This document shows positions 1 through 8,599 of a DNA stretch of 64,000 nucleotides, one piece after another. The position numbers were made by a program, and so were the translations under genes. The notes below the pieces were generated by a model, which worked only from the letters and a program-made list of their open reading frames with translations, was not told the DNA's origin and ran no database searches. Source of the stretch: Syntrophorhabdaceae bacterium (GTDB lineage Bacteria; Desulfobacterota; Syntrophorhabdia; Syntrophorhabdales; Syntrophorhabdaceae); assembly GCA_963665295.1 (NCBI GenBank), contig OY762209.1, positions 3,392,001-3,456,000 on the forward strand. Reading direction: 5' to 3'. How positions within the stretch are numbered: position 1 is the stretch's first letter; every line of letters starts with the position of its first letter.

Positions 1-415
1 CCGGGTGCTCTACGTGACGGATAATGCGGGAGAGATAGGATTTGATTCGATTGTGCTGAAATCCCTTAAAGATAGGGGGATCTATGTAACGTTGGTGGTA
101 AAGGAAGACGGTTTCTTTGAGGACGCGACCATGAGCGACGCGAGCTATTTTGGCCTTGAAGAAGTTGTTGATGAGATTGTTGCGTCAAGAGGGTTTTTCG
201 TGAGGGGCGAACTCTCAACCGCCCTGAGCATGGCCTATGATCTGTGTGACTTGATAATCGTGAAGGGTACCGGAAGCTTTGAGGCGCTAAGGGGGGAGAC
301 AGCCGAAAGAAAGGTTATTTTCATGCTCAAAGTGAAGTGCAAGCCCATCGCCATAGACACGGGGGTTGAGCAGGGCCGGGTCCTTGTGAAGGTGGAGGCT
401 GGTAAAATCCAATAA
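1..415 (+). CDS. DUF89/ARMT1-like damage-control phosphatase, 5'-truncated by the window edge
   Basis: Motifs YVTDNAGEIGFD, KGTGSFE and FMLKVKC match the C-terminal half of DUF89 proteins. The frame is open to the window start, and the stop is followed directly by the RBS (aaggagg) of the next gene. Confidence 0.8.
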   Translation, partial: RVLYVTDNAGEIGFDSIVLKSLKDRGIYVTLVVKEDGFFEDATMSDASYFGLEEVVDEIVASRGFFVRGELSTALSMAYDLCDLIIVKGTGSFEALRGETAERKVIFMLKVKCKPIAIDTGVEQGRVLVKVEAGKIQ

Positions 416-424
416 GGAGGAACT

Positions 425-2140
425 ATGGGACAGTTCATGTTTAAGCGACATGTACGAGAGTTTTGGCCGGAAAGAGACTTCAAGAAGTATCCGGTATGGT
501 TTGTCGATTTTTCTCACTCCTATCCCGCATGGACACCGCTTTTCGAGTGGACGTGGATCTTCAACCTCGTCCACGGTCACATTTATGGCTGTAATGAGGC
601 TTGGATACCCGAAACCAGGTCGTCTGATTGGCGCGAGATCGACGGAATGGCGATCTGCACTGCCACGCCCGTGCCTACCGAGGAGGAGGTCGAGTTCAGG
701 CGCAAGAAATTTTATGAACACATCAAGGGCGATTTCGAGCCCAATTACGATAAACACTGGGAGAAGAGCAAAACTGAGATGCTCGAGCGTTACAGCAAGC
801 TCAAGGATTTCGACTACGAGAAGGCGACATTCTACGAGTTATACAAGCTCTTCAACTTCGCTATAGAGACCCACAAAAGGATGTGGGAGGACCACTTTTA
901 CTTCATGTATGCCCTCTATGGGGCTTACTGGTACTTCGAGGACCTGTGCAAGAAATATGTGGGGATCAAGGAGACATCCACCGAGTGGCACAAGTTGGTT
1001 CGGGGTTACGAGAACATGCTCTTCCGCCAGGACAAGGCCATGTGGGAGCTTCGCAATAAGGCAATACAAAACGGTATCGATACCATTATTTCGGGCAACC
1101 CGGGCAACAAGGTCATCGAGGAACTGATGAAAACGCCCGCCGGCAAGGAGTGGGTCGAAAAGGACCTTGAGCACTTCATGCACGGTCTTGCCTACGGCTG
1201 GCGCATGATCAGGATGATGGAGTTCATCGAGCCCACGTGGTGGGAGCAGCCCGAAAGCGCCATACTCCACATACAACAGTACCTGATGGCGGACCGGGAG
1301 GTCAGGCCATTCCCGCTTGATGCAATAAGAGAAAAGCTGATCGAGGAACGAAAGGAAGTGGAACAGGCGATCGTGGCCAAAGCCGAGGCAAACGGGTGCA
1401 AGGACATGGAATGGTTCAAATGCCTCCTCCGGCTTTCCCAGAGGACCAGTTCTTTCAGCGAAAGTCACGACTTCCTTTACGAGCACAGGTGCTTTTCCGC
1501 GTTCCGTTTCGCCATGCTGAAGATCGGGGAGAGGCTCGCAAAGGTGGGCACTTTCAATAAGCCCGATGATATGTTCTTCTTCATCCCGGAAGAACTCCAA
1601 ACCATGATCGCCATGCCGGAAAACTATCAGTCGGGCTTCATCGCGGCCGAGCGAAGGCTGGAATGGATTGCCAACAAGGAATATCTCACCCGTCCGCCCA
1701 TTATGGCGAGAGATCCTTCCATGCAGCCCCATCAGGCAGGGGCATTCATGGTGGCTGCCAAGGACCCGATTATCGCCAAGATCACGATCGGCGAGTTTGT
1801 ACAGCCCGATCCGTCTACAGGGGCACTCTGCTTCGGCAACCCCGGAAGCCCCGGCGTGGCCGAGGGTACGGCCCGGATCGTCATTACCGCCGCAGACCTC
1901 AAGAAGATTCAATGGGGCGACATCATGGTCTGTCCGTCTTCGCAGTCTTCCTATACCCCCGTGTTCCCGCTTTTGAAAGGTGTTGTCTGCAATGGCGGAG
2001 GGAGTCTGTCCCACGGACCTATTGTGGGCCGTGAGTGGAATATCCCTGTTGTGGCCAATTGTATTACGGGAACACAATTGATAAAGGACGGCGACCGCAT
2101 CAGAGTAGATGGGTTTAAGGGGTTGGTCTACAAGCTTTAG
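425..2140 (+). CDS. Phenylphosphate synthase alpha-like subunit 1 (substrate-binding region plus PEP-utilising swivelling His domain)
   Basis: 571 aa. C-terminal GSPGVAEGTAR...GGSLSHGPIVGREWNIPVV is the phospho-His mobile domain. N-terminal WFVDFSH.P.WTP motif. No ATP-grasp or pyruvate-binding barrel. RBS aaggagg. Confidence 0.8.
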   Translation: MGQFMFKRHVREFWPERDFKKYPVWFVDFSHSYPAWTPLFEWTWIFNLVHGHIYGCNEAWIPETRSSDWREIDGMAICTATPVPTEEEVEFRRKKFYEHIKGDFEPNYDKHWEKSKTEMLERYSKLKDFDYEKATFYELYKLFNFAIETHKRMWEDHFYFMYALYGAYWYFEDLCKKYVGIKETSTEWHKLVRGYENMLFRQDKAMWELRNKAIQNGIDTIISGNPGNKVIEELMKTPAGKEWVEKDLEHFMHGLAYGWRMIRMMEFIEPTWWEQPESAILHIQQYLMADREVRPFPLDAIREKLIEERKEVEQAIVAKAEANGCKDMEWFKCLLRLSQRTSSFSESHDFLYEHRCFSAFRFAMLKIGERLAKVGTFNKPDDMFFFIPEELQTMIAMPENYQSGFIAAERRLEWIANKEYLTRPPIMARDPSMQPHQAGAFMVAAKDPIIAKITIGEFVQPDPSTGALCFGNPGSPGVAEGTARIVITAADLKKIQWGDIMVCPSSQSSYTPVFPLLKGVVCNGGGSLSHGPIVGREWNIPVVANCITGTQLIKDGDRIRVDGFKGLVYKL

Positions 2141-2255
2141 CGTGCGAGGCCCCGGGGTTCGGGGACTTCAAGTCCGGTGCTTATCCCGGAATCCTTGAGG
2201 CCTCGATCCCCGCTGCAGGAAGAGCGAGTCCAAACAGTCATTTAAGGAGAGGATA

Positions 2256-3011
2256 ATGAAACGTCTGGATGGAAAAGTTGCCATTATCACAGGGGCAGGA
2301 AAAGGCCTCGGCAAGGCGTTTGCGGTGAGGTTTGCCGAAGAGGGCGCCAAACTCGTACTTGTAACGAGAAAGGATATGGAAGGTCTCAAGAATGTTGCGG
2401 AGGAGGCTACTGCAAAAGGGGCGGAATGCATCTTCCTTAAGGCCGACGTGACGAATATCGAGGATGTGGGGAGAATGGCCGATGAGGCGGCTAAGAAATT
2501 CGGAAGGATCGACATACTCGTGAACAATGCCGCCTACTACTTCGGGGTGGAAAGAAGGCCCTTTAATACTATCCCTCTTGCAGAGTGGGACATGATGATG
2601 AACATCAATGTGAAGGGTCCGTGGCTTTGTGCCCGGGCGGTCTATCCCTATATGAAAGCCCAGGGGAAGGGCAAGATAATAAACCTCACCTCCGAGGTAT
2701 TTTTCACCGGTTCGAACGGATTTGTTCACTACGTTGCCTCAAAGGGAGGAGTGGTAGGACTCACAAGAGCCCTTGCCGCGGAACTGGGGCCTGACAACAT
2801 CACCGTCAACGGGGTGGCCCCGGGGTTCACCGATACGGAGGCAAGCAGGACCATCGCTGATGTGAATAAGTATGATGTATCGAAAACGCCTCTACGCAGG
2901 CTCGGGGTGGCCGAGGACATCATAGGAGCAACATTGTTCTTCGCCTCCGACGACGCCGACTTTGTAACCGGCGAGATACTTCTCGTAGACGGTGGAAGGG
3001 CCATGCACTGA
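2256..3011 (+). CDS. SDR family NAD(P)-dependent oxidoreductase
   Basis: TGAGKGLG, NNA, YVASK and VDGG motifs; RBS aaggag. Confidence 0.92.
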   Translation: MKRLDGKVAIITGAGKGLGKAFAVRFAEEGAKLVLVTRKDMEGLKNVAEEATAKGAECIFLKADVTNIEDVGRMADEAAKKFGRIDILVNNAAYYFGVERRPFNTIPLAEWDMMMNINVKGPWLCARAVYPYMKAQGKGKIINLTSEVFFTGSNGFVHYVASKGGVVGLTRALAAELGPDNITVNGVAPGFTDTEASRTIADVNKYDVSKTPLRRLGVAEDIIGATLFFASDDADFVTGEILLVDGGRAMH

Positions 3012-3066
3012 GCGGAGAACCTATGCGCACGTGAGGAAAGGACCAATCCGCCAAAGGAGGGCGATT

Positions 3067-3387
3067 ATGTATGTGAGAATGACGTTCTTTAAGACGCAAC
3101 CGGGGAAGTTGGACGCGGTACGTAATACCTATGTGAACGAAGTAATACCCATGCATAAAGGACACAAGGGTATCAGGTTCGTTCACCTCCTCGAAGATAT
3201 GGAGGCGCCTGACGAAGGGATCTCAATTACGGCCTGGGACACCAAGGGAGATCTGGAAGCCTATGAGAAGAGCGGAGATTACGCGAAGATAATCACAAAA
3301 TTCAAAGTGATGCTGAAGGGTGAAACGACACTGAGATCATACGAGGTTACCGCGAGTTCTGAACCCCTGCTCCTGCGGATATTTTAG
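3067..3387 (+). CDS. ABM-like dimeric alpha+beta barrel protein
   Basis: RBS aaggagg precedes ATG 3067 (in frame with ORF 2992). The sequence MYVRMTFF..QPGK...GISITAWDTK.D.EAY has the typical ABM pattern. Confidence 0.7.
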   Translation: MYVRMTFFKTQPGKLDAVRNTYVNEVIPMHKGHKGIRFVHLLEDMEAPDEGISITAWDTKGDLEAYEKSGDYAKIITKFKVMLKGETTLRSYEVTASSEPLLLRIF

Positions 3388-3521
3388 ATGAAAGGGCGGG
3401 AAGTACCTCACCAGTTTGACCACGCGGGCCCTTCGATGAGGCCGATTGGTAGCTTTATTTTCGAACCGCCGCAAAGGAGTGGCGGAGATATATACAAATC
3501 CCCTGAAGCGAGGCGCTGCCC

Positions 3522-5216
3522 ATGAAGGTGTACGATTGTGTACCCGGGTTGGAGTTCGACGAGAAAGATGATCTGGAACAATCACCCGCCTGGTTCCTCG
3601 ACGGGACGCATTGCGTGCCCCCTTGGACCCCTATGTTCGGATGGTTCTGGGTAAACTTCTGTCGTCACGGCATGCAGTATGGCGCCGACGCCCTTCAGAT
3701 CCCTACCACGAGAGGCTGGGACTGGCGTTTCAAGGACGGCGGGGGATATTTGACCATCATACCCGTGAACACCCAGGCCGAGAAAAGAGAAAGGGCAATC
3801 CGATTCCGCGAGGCAATAAAACCGTTCCTTGAAGATTACGACGGGCTATGGAGCGGATTTGTCTCCGAAATGCTCACGCGATACGAAAAGATAAAGAGCC
3901 TGGACGGCTCAAGGGCCACGAACGTCGAGCTTCTGCAGAATTTTGAATACGCCATCGATACATGCAGGAGGATGTGGGAGATCCACATGTATATGATGTA
4001 CGGCACATACATGCCCTACATCCTTTTTGAGCAGTTATGTATGCAGTTGTTCAACATCGACGACACGAATCCCACGTTTCTCACGCTCATGAGCGGCTTT
4101 GACAACGAAAGCTTCAGGGTAGACAAGGGTCTTTGGGATCTCTCCCGGAGGGCGGTGGCGCTGGGCCTGAAAGAGACCATAATCGACTCCCCCATGAAGG
4201 AGGTGGTGGACCGGCTGCACGTAACCGACAAAGGGTGCCAGTTCATGGAAGAACTCAAGTTGTTTCTCGATCGGAAGGCGGGGTGGCGCATGGAGAGAAT
4301 GGCCGAATTGAATACGCCCACATGGGCCGAGGAGCCCGGTCTCGCCCTCTCCAGAGTCAGAGTCTACCTCATGATGGGCAGGGAATATGACCTTGACAGG
4401 GAAAGACAGAAACGCGAGCGGGAAAGGACGAAAGCCGAGGAAGAACTGCTTCAGCAGATGGCCCCCGAACAGCGCGGATGGTTTTGCACGCTCATGAAAA
4501 TTGCCCAGAACTCAAGCCGCTTCAGCGAAGAGCATAACCACTATCTCGACCTTTATACCCATGCGGTAATCCGCAAAACCTGTCTTGATATGGGAAGACG
4601 TTTCGTAATCTCGGGGACCATCGAAAAGACCGATAATATATTCTTTCTCATACCTGACGAGGTAAGAAAGGCTATGCTCAACCCGGATAAAATGAGCCTC
4701 AAAACGATAGTATCGAGACGTCAGGCCGAGTGGAGTAGATGGAACGACACGGGAAATCCACCCTTCATATTGCGCAAGGGCTTCGGACTCGACAAAGCGA
4801 CGCAATTGTTGACCACTTCGTTTGACCCCATAGCTCTGAAGGTCGTGGTAGGCAAACTACCCGCAGCGAAGCCTGGACTGAAGGCGGACCTCTTCGGCAC
4901 CTGCGGTTCCCCGGGCGTGGCCGAGGGCACTGCCAGGCTGGTCCTGAAAGAGGATGACCTCGAAAAGGTGCAGGACGGCGATATTCTGGTTGCAGCTAGT
5001 ACCTCGCCTTCGTGGACCCCCATATTCGGCATGATACGAGGTTTGGTGGTGGACCGGGGTGGGGCGCTTTCCCATGCGGCCATAGTGGGGAGAGAATATG
5101 GGATCCCGGTTATCATGAACGTCTTCGAGGGGACCACTAAGCTGAAATCAGGCCAGAAGCTGAGAATAGATGCAAATCTCGGGACGGTTACGATATTGGA
5201 GACGGAGACCAAATAA
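3522..5216 (+). CDS. Phenylphosphate synthase alpha-like subunit 2 (substrate-binding plus His domain)
   Basis: 564 aa, paralog of 425..2140: WFLDGTH.PPWTP, RMWEIH, GWRM, SEEH, GSPGVAEGTAR...GGALSHAAIVGREYGIPVI. Confidence 0.82.
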   Translation: MKVYDCVPGLEFDEKDDLEQSPAWFLDGTHCVPPWTPMFGWFWVNFCRHGMQYGADALQIPTTRGWDWRFKDGGGYLTIIPVNTQAEKRERAIRFREAIKPFLEDYDGLWSGFVSEMLTRYEKIKSLDGSRATNVELLQNFEYAIDTCRRMWEIHMYMMYGTYMPYILFEQLCMQLFNIDDTNPTFLTLMSGFDNESFRVDKGLWDLSRRAVALGLKETIIDSPMKEVVDRLHVTDKGCQFMEELKLFLDRKAGWRMERMAELNTPTWAEEPGLALSRVRVYLMMGREYDLDRERQKRERERTKAEEELLQQMAPEQRGWFCTLMKIAQNSSRFSEEHNHYLDLYTHAVIRKTCLDMGRRFVISGTIEKTDNIFFLIPDEVRKAMLNPDKMSLKTIVSRRQAEWSRWNDTGNPPFILRKGFGLDKATQLLTTSFDPIALKVVVGKLPAAKPGLKADLFGTCGSPGVAEGTARLVLKEDDLEKVQDGDILVAASTSPSWTPIFGMIRGLVVDRGGALSHAAIVGREYGIPVIMNVFEGTTKLKSGQKLRIDANLGTVTILETETK

Positions 5217-5234
5217 AGCGATAAGGATGGGGCT

Positions 5235-5894
5235 ATGTTTTTATTTGTACAGTCGTGGGATATCGTTCGGGGGAAAGAAAAGGAGTATACCGATTTCGTG
5301 CTTGGGGAACACCTCCCGGTATTCCGGAGAATCGGCCTTAACGTAGTCGGAGGCTTTCATGTTATTGTCGGGGCCGGCCCGCGCATCAGCCACGTTGTCG
5401 CCGCCGGTGATCTCCGGAACCTCCAGGAGGCCCTGGAAACAGCAGATTTTCTCAGGATCACGGGATCGCTGCAGGAATACATAGTCAATTACAGCAGCAG
5501 GATATTCCGTCACACGGACAGAGTCAAACTGGAAACGTACGGCATCGGGATCGGAACATGGAGATTCAACCAGCACTATACCCTTATCCCGGGGGCGGAA
5601 GAAGAATATGGCCGCTTTCTTGGCAATGAATATTCCGCTGCGCTCCTTGACCAGGGGATAAGGATCAAAGCCGAGTGGCAGGGCCTCGTCGGTTCCGGTC
5701 CTTACCGCATCCTCCTGGAAGGAGTGGCAGAGAATATTCAGGATATCGCCGGGACCATAATTTCCGACGAGTACAGGGCTGTCAAGCGTACCCTTCTTAC
5801 CCGTTACGCGCGACAGTACAGCAGCAGGATTCTCGCGCCCACAGGGCGGGTGGAGGTCGCGTTTATTCTGGGAGAAATGACGAGGTCCCTGTGA
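5235..5894 (+). CDS. Hypothetical protein with two tandem NIPSNAP/alpha+beta-barrel-like repeats
   Basis: The two ~105-aa halves align: Q.W/Y...G.E.EY..F...E.......G......VG.GP.I...YSSRI. Confidence 0.6.
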   Translation: MFLFVQSWDIVRGKEKEYTDFVLGEHLPVFRRIGLNVVGGFHVIVGAGPRISHVVAAGDLRNLQEALETADFLRITGSLQEYIVNYSSRIFRHTDRVKLETYGIGIGTWRFNQHYTLIPGAEEEYGRFLGNEYSAALLDQGIRIKAEWQGLVGSGPYRILLEGVAENIQDIAGTIISDEYRAVKRTLLTRYARQYSSRILAPTGRVEVAFILGEMTRSL

Positions 5895-5969
5895 ATCGGA
5901 ACCGGGAGATGGGCGCCGGCCGTGCCAATGCTCCCTTGAAGGGAAAAACATGATGAGGAGGAACGCTCA

Positions 5970-7301
5970 ATGGCTATTGATATGAGCATTTACTGGAATC
6001 CTGTTCTAGAGACACTGCCCCGCGAAAAACTGCAAGAACTACAGGTGAAGAAGTTCGCGCGTATTTTCGAGTGGGCCTATAACAACTCGCCCTTCTACGC
6101 CAAAATTTACAGAGATGCGGGCATTGAACCGGGAGACATCAAAACGTTGGCGGATATCAGGAAGATCCCGAAAATAGACAAAGGTATGTTGAGGGATGTG
6201 CAGACCAGGGACCCCTTTCCCTATGGCGACATGCTTGCGGTGCCCCTCTCCATGGTTACCGAGTTCCGCCAGACGAGCGGAACTACGGGTACGCCCGTCT
6301 ATCAGGCGGACACCTGGCAGGATTGGGAGTGGTGGGCCGAGTGCTGGGCCTACATCCTCCATGCTCAGGGATACAGGGATACGGACAGGGTCTTCGTTCC
6401 TTTCGGCTACAATATTTTCGTAGCATTCTGGGCGGGTCACTATGCGGCGGAAAAGGTCGGGTGCGAGGTGGTACCGGGCGGGGTCCTCGACACGGAAGCC
6501 CGAATCATGAAGATGAGGGAACTGAAATGTAATGCATTTATGGCAACCCCCACGTACGTCCTCGGCATGGCCGACACTGCCAGGAAGATAGGAATAGAAC
6601 CCAAGAGTATAGGTATCCAAAAAATCACTTGCGCAGGGGAACCCGGCGCGAGTATCCCGACGACCAAACAACGCATCGAGGATGCATGGGGTGCGAAGGT
6701 ATATGACCACATAGGGGCAACGGAGATCGGGGCCTGGAGCTACATGTGCACTTCTCAACCGAGGGGTTTGCACGTGAACGAGGCCTTTTTTCTCGTGGAG
6801 ATCGAGGACGTGGAAACGGGTGAAATCATAGAGGAACCGGGCAGGAACGGTAAGATGGTCATTACCGCTTTTGACAGGATAGCCAAACCCTGCATCCGCT
6901 TCGATTCAAAGGACGTGATACGATGGGCCGATTACACATGCGAGTGCGGCAGGACCTTTCGCATCATCGACGGAGGCGTCGTCGGGAGGGCCGATGACAT
7001 AACCAAGGTGAAGGGTGTGCTCCTCGCCCCCACAGCCATAGAAGAGGTGGTGCGAAGCTTTGCGGAACTAAGCAACGAATATGAGGTGATAGTGACGAAG
7101 AAAGGCGACATCGACGATATCGCCCTCAAAATAGAGATCACCCCGGGTTTCGAGGAAAGAAAGGAAGCCCTTCTCGCAAGGCTCAAGGACGAGTTGCGGG
7201 TGAAGACGAACCTTGGATATAAGATCGAGGTCCATCCTCATGGCAGCCTCCCGCGCTATGAGGTGAAGGCAAAGAGGTTCAAAGACCTCAGAAAACATTG
7301 A
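5970..7301 (+). CDS. Phenylacetate-CoA ligase family (PaaK-like) aryl-CoA ligase
   Basis: QTSGTTGTP, ATPTY, AGEPG, HIGATE, GRADD..KVKGV and KAKRF motifs. Confidence 0.88.
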   Translation: MAIDMSIYWNPVLETLPREKLQELQVKKFARIFEWAYNNSPFYAKIYRDAGIEPGDIKTLADIRKIPKIDKGMLRDVQTRDPFPYGDMLAVPLSMVTEFRQTSGTTGTPVYQADTWQDWEWWAECWAYILHAQGYRDTDRVFVPFGYNIFVAFWAGHYAAEKVGCEVVPGGVLDTEARIMKMRELKCNAFMATPTYVLGMADTARKIGIEPKSIGIQKITCAGEPGASIPTTKQRIEDAWGAKVYDHIGATEIGAWSYMCTSQPRGLHVNEAFFLVEIEDVETGEIIEEPGRNGKMVITAFDRIAKPCIRFDSKDVIRWADYTCECGRTFRIIDGGVVGRADDITKVKGVLLAPTAIEEVVRSFAELSNEYEVIVTKKGDIDDIALKIEITPGFEERKEALLARLKDELRVKTNLGYKIEVHPHGSLPRYEVKAKRFKDLRKH

Positions 7302-7315
7302 AAGGAGGGACAAAC

Positions 7316-7495
7316 GTGGACACCCGGTACGACATAAATGCGATGGACGAAAAGATAAGGCTCATCCGCAAGACCGCGGAGGAGTTGATGAGTATAGGCG
7401 GTGGGATCGAAGCGGTGAAGAAGAATCTGGTGAGACTGCTGGCAAGCACAAAGATGCTCGAACTGAACATAAGCGACGCGAAAGAAGTGCTTTGA
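7316..7495 (+). CDS. Small helical hypothetical protein (~59 aa)
   Basis: Strong RBS aaaggagg at 7301-7308 before GTG 7316; fills the gap between two co-oriented genes. Confidence 0.6.
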   Translation: MDTRYDINAMDEKIRLIRKTAEELMSIGGGIEAVKKNLVRLLASTKMLELNISDAKEVL

Positions 7496-7535
7496 CAGAT
7501 GGCTTCCCGCGCCGGACCGATATCAGGGGGCGACA

Positions 7536-8561
7536 ATGGAACAGTGGATATTCTGGTTCGACGAACTCGATAAAGCACACAATGACATTGTAGGAAAGAA
7601 GTGCGCCCACCTCGGCGAACTTATCAGGTTGGGTCTCAATGTTCCGTGGGGCTTCGCAATTTCGGTGAAGGGGTTCGAAGAATTCATGAGGACCACCGGA
7701 GCCGATGAGGAACTGAAAGATGGTATGGCTTCAGCCCGGGACGAAGGGAAAAAGGTCGAAGCCTGTCACAGGGCGAGCCGCATCGCCAGGAACATCATAG
7801 AGTCAAAGCAGATGCCGGAAGCGATGGACAATGAAATTCGCGCACATTACCGGGAACTCTGCTGTCGGTCCGGGAGGCAGAATATGGCGGTTGCAGTCCG
7901 TTCAAGCGGGTCCAGGAGCATGCCGGGCCAAATGGAAACATATCTTAATGTCGAGGGCGAAAATGCAGTCCTCACCCATATCAAGAAAGTGTGGGGCAGT
8001 TCATATAGTCCCGCGGCAATAGCCTTCAGGGCAGGGCATGATTTGCCGCTGGAATGGGCTCCCATCGGCGTGGCGATAATGACCCTCGTCGATGCGAAGG
8101 CCGCCGGGGTCGCCCTTACGGTTGAACCTACCACGGGTGATGCCACAAAGGTAGTCATAGAGGGCAACTGGGGCCTTGGAGAGAGCGTGGTAGGCGGGGT
8201 TATCACACCGGATTCTTTTACCGTCGACAAAGAGAGCATGGAGATTATCGAGAGAAGGATTACCCGCAAAACAAGCATGGTGGTTCGTGGCCCATGGGGA
8301 ACCCGCTATAAGGATACCCCTCATGATCTTCAGGAACGGCCCTGTATCAATGATGAAGAGATAAGGGAGATTGTGAGGGTAGCCATCCAGGTCGAACAGC
8401 ACTTCGGGGTGGCTCAGGACATGGAATGGGTGGTGGACGGACTTCTTCCTCCGGGCGAGGATGTCTTTTGGCTCCAGGCGCGCCCCGCCGGTTATGCGAA
8501 GATGGACAAAGCAGATGAAATGGATTACCTCATCGATCTCATGGTGAGGCTTTTCAAGTGA
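7536..8561 (+). CDS. Phenylphosphate synthase beta-like subunit (PEP-synthase N-terminal ATP-binding domain)
   Basis: GKKCAHLGEL, VAVRSSG, PGQMETYLNV, GNWGLGESVVGG, QDMEW and LQARP motifs; a stand-alone 341-aa nucleotide-binding domain. Confidence 0.87.
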   Translation: MEQWIFWFDELDKAHNDIVGKKCAHLGELIRLGLNVPWGFAISVKGFEEFMRTTGADEELKDGMASARDEGKKVEACHRASRIARNIIESKQMPEAMDNEIRAHYRELCCRSGRQNMAVAVRSSGSRSMPGQMETYLNVEGENAVLTHIKKVWGSSYSPAAIAFRAGHDLPLEWAPIGVAIMTLVDAKAAGVALTVEPTTGDATKVVIEGNWGLGESVVGGVITPDSFTVDKESMEIIERRITRKTSMVVRGPWGTRYKDTPHDLQERPCINDEEIREIVRVAIQVEQHFGVAQDMEWVVDGLLPPGEDVFWLQARPAGYAKMDKADEMDYLIDLMVRLFK

Positions 8562-8599
8562 TGGGTTGTTACGCATAAGAAAAAGGGGGTACTTAAAAC

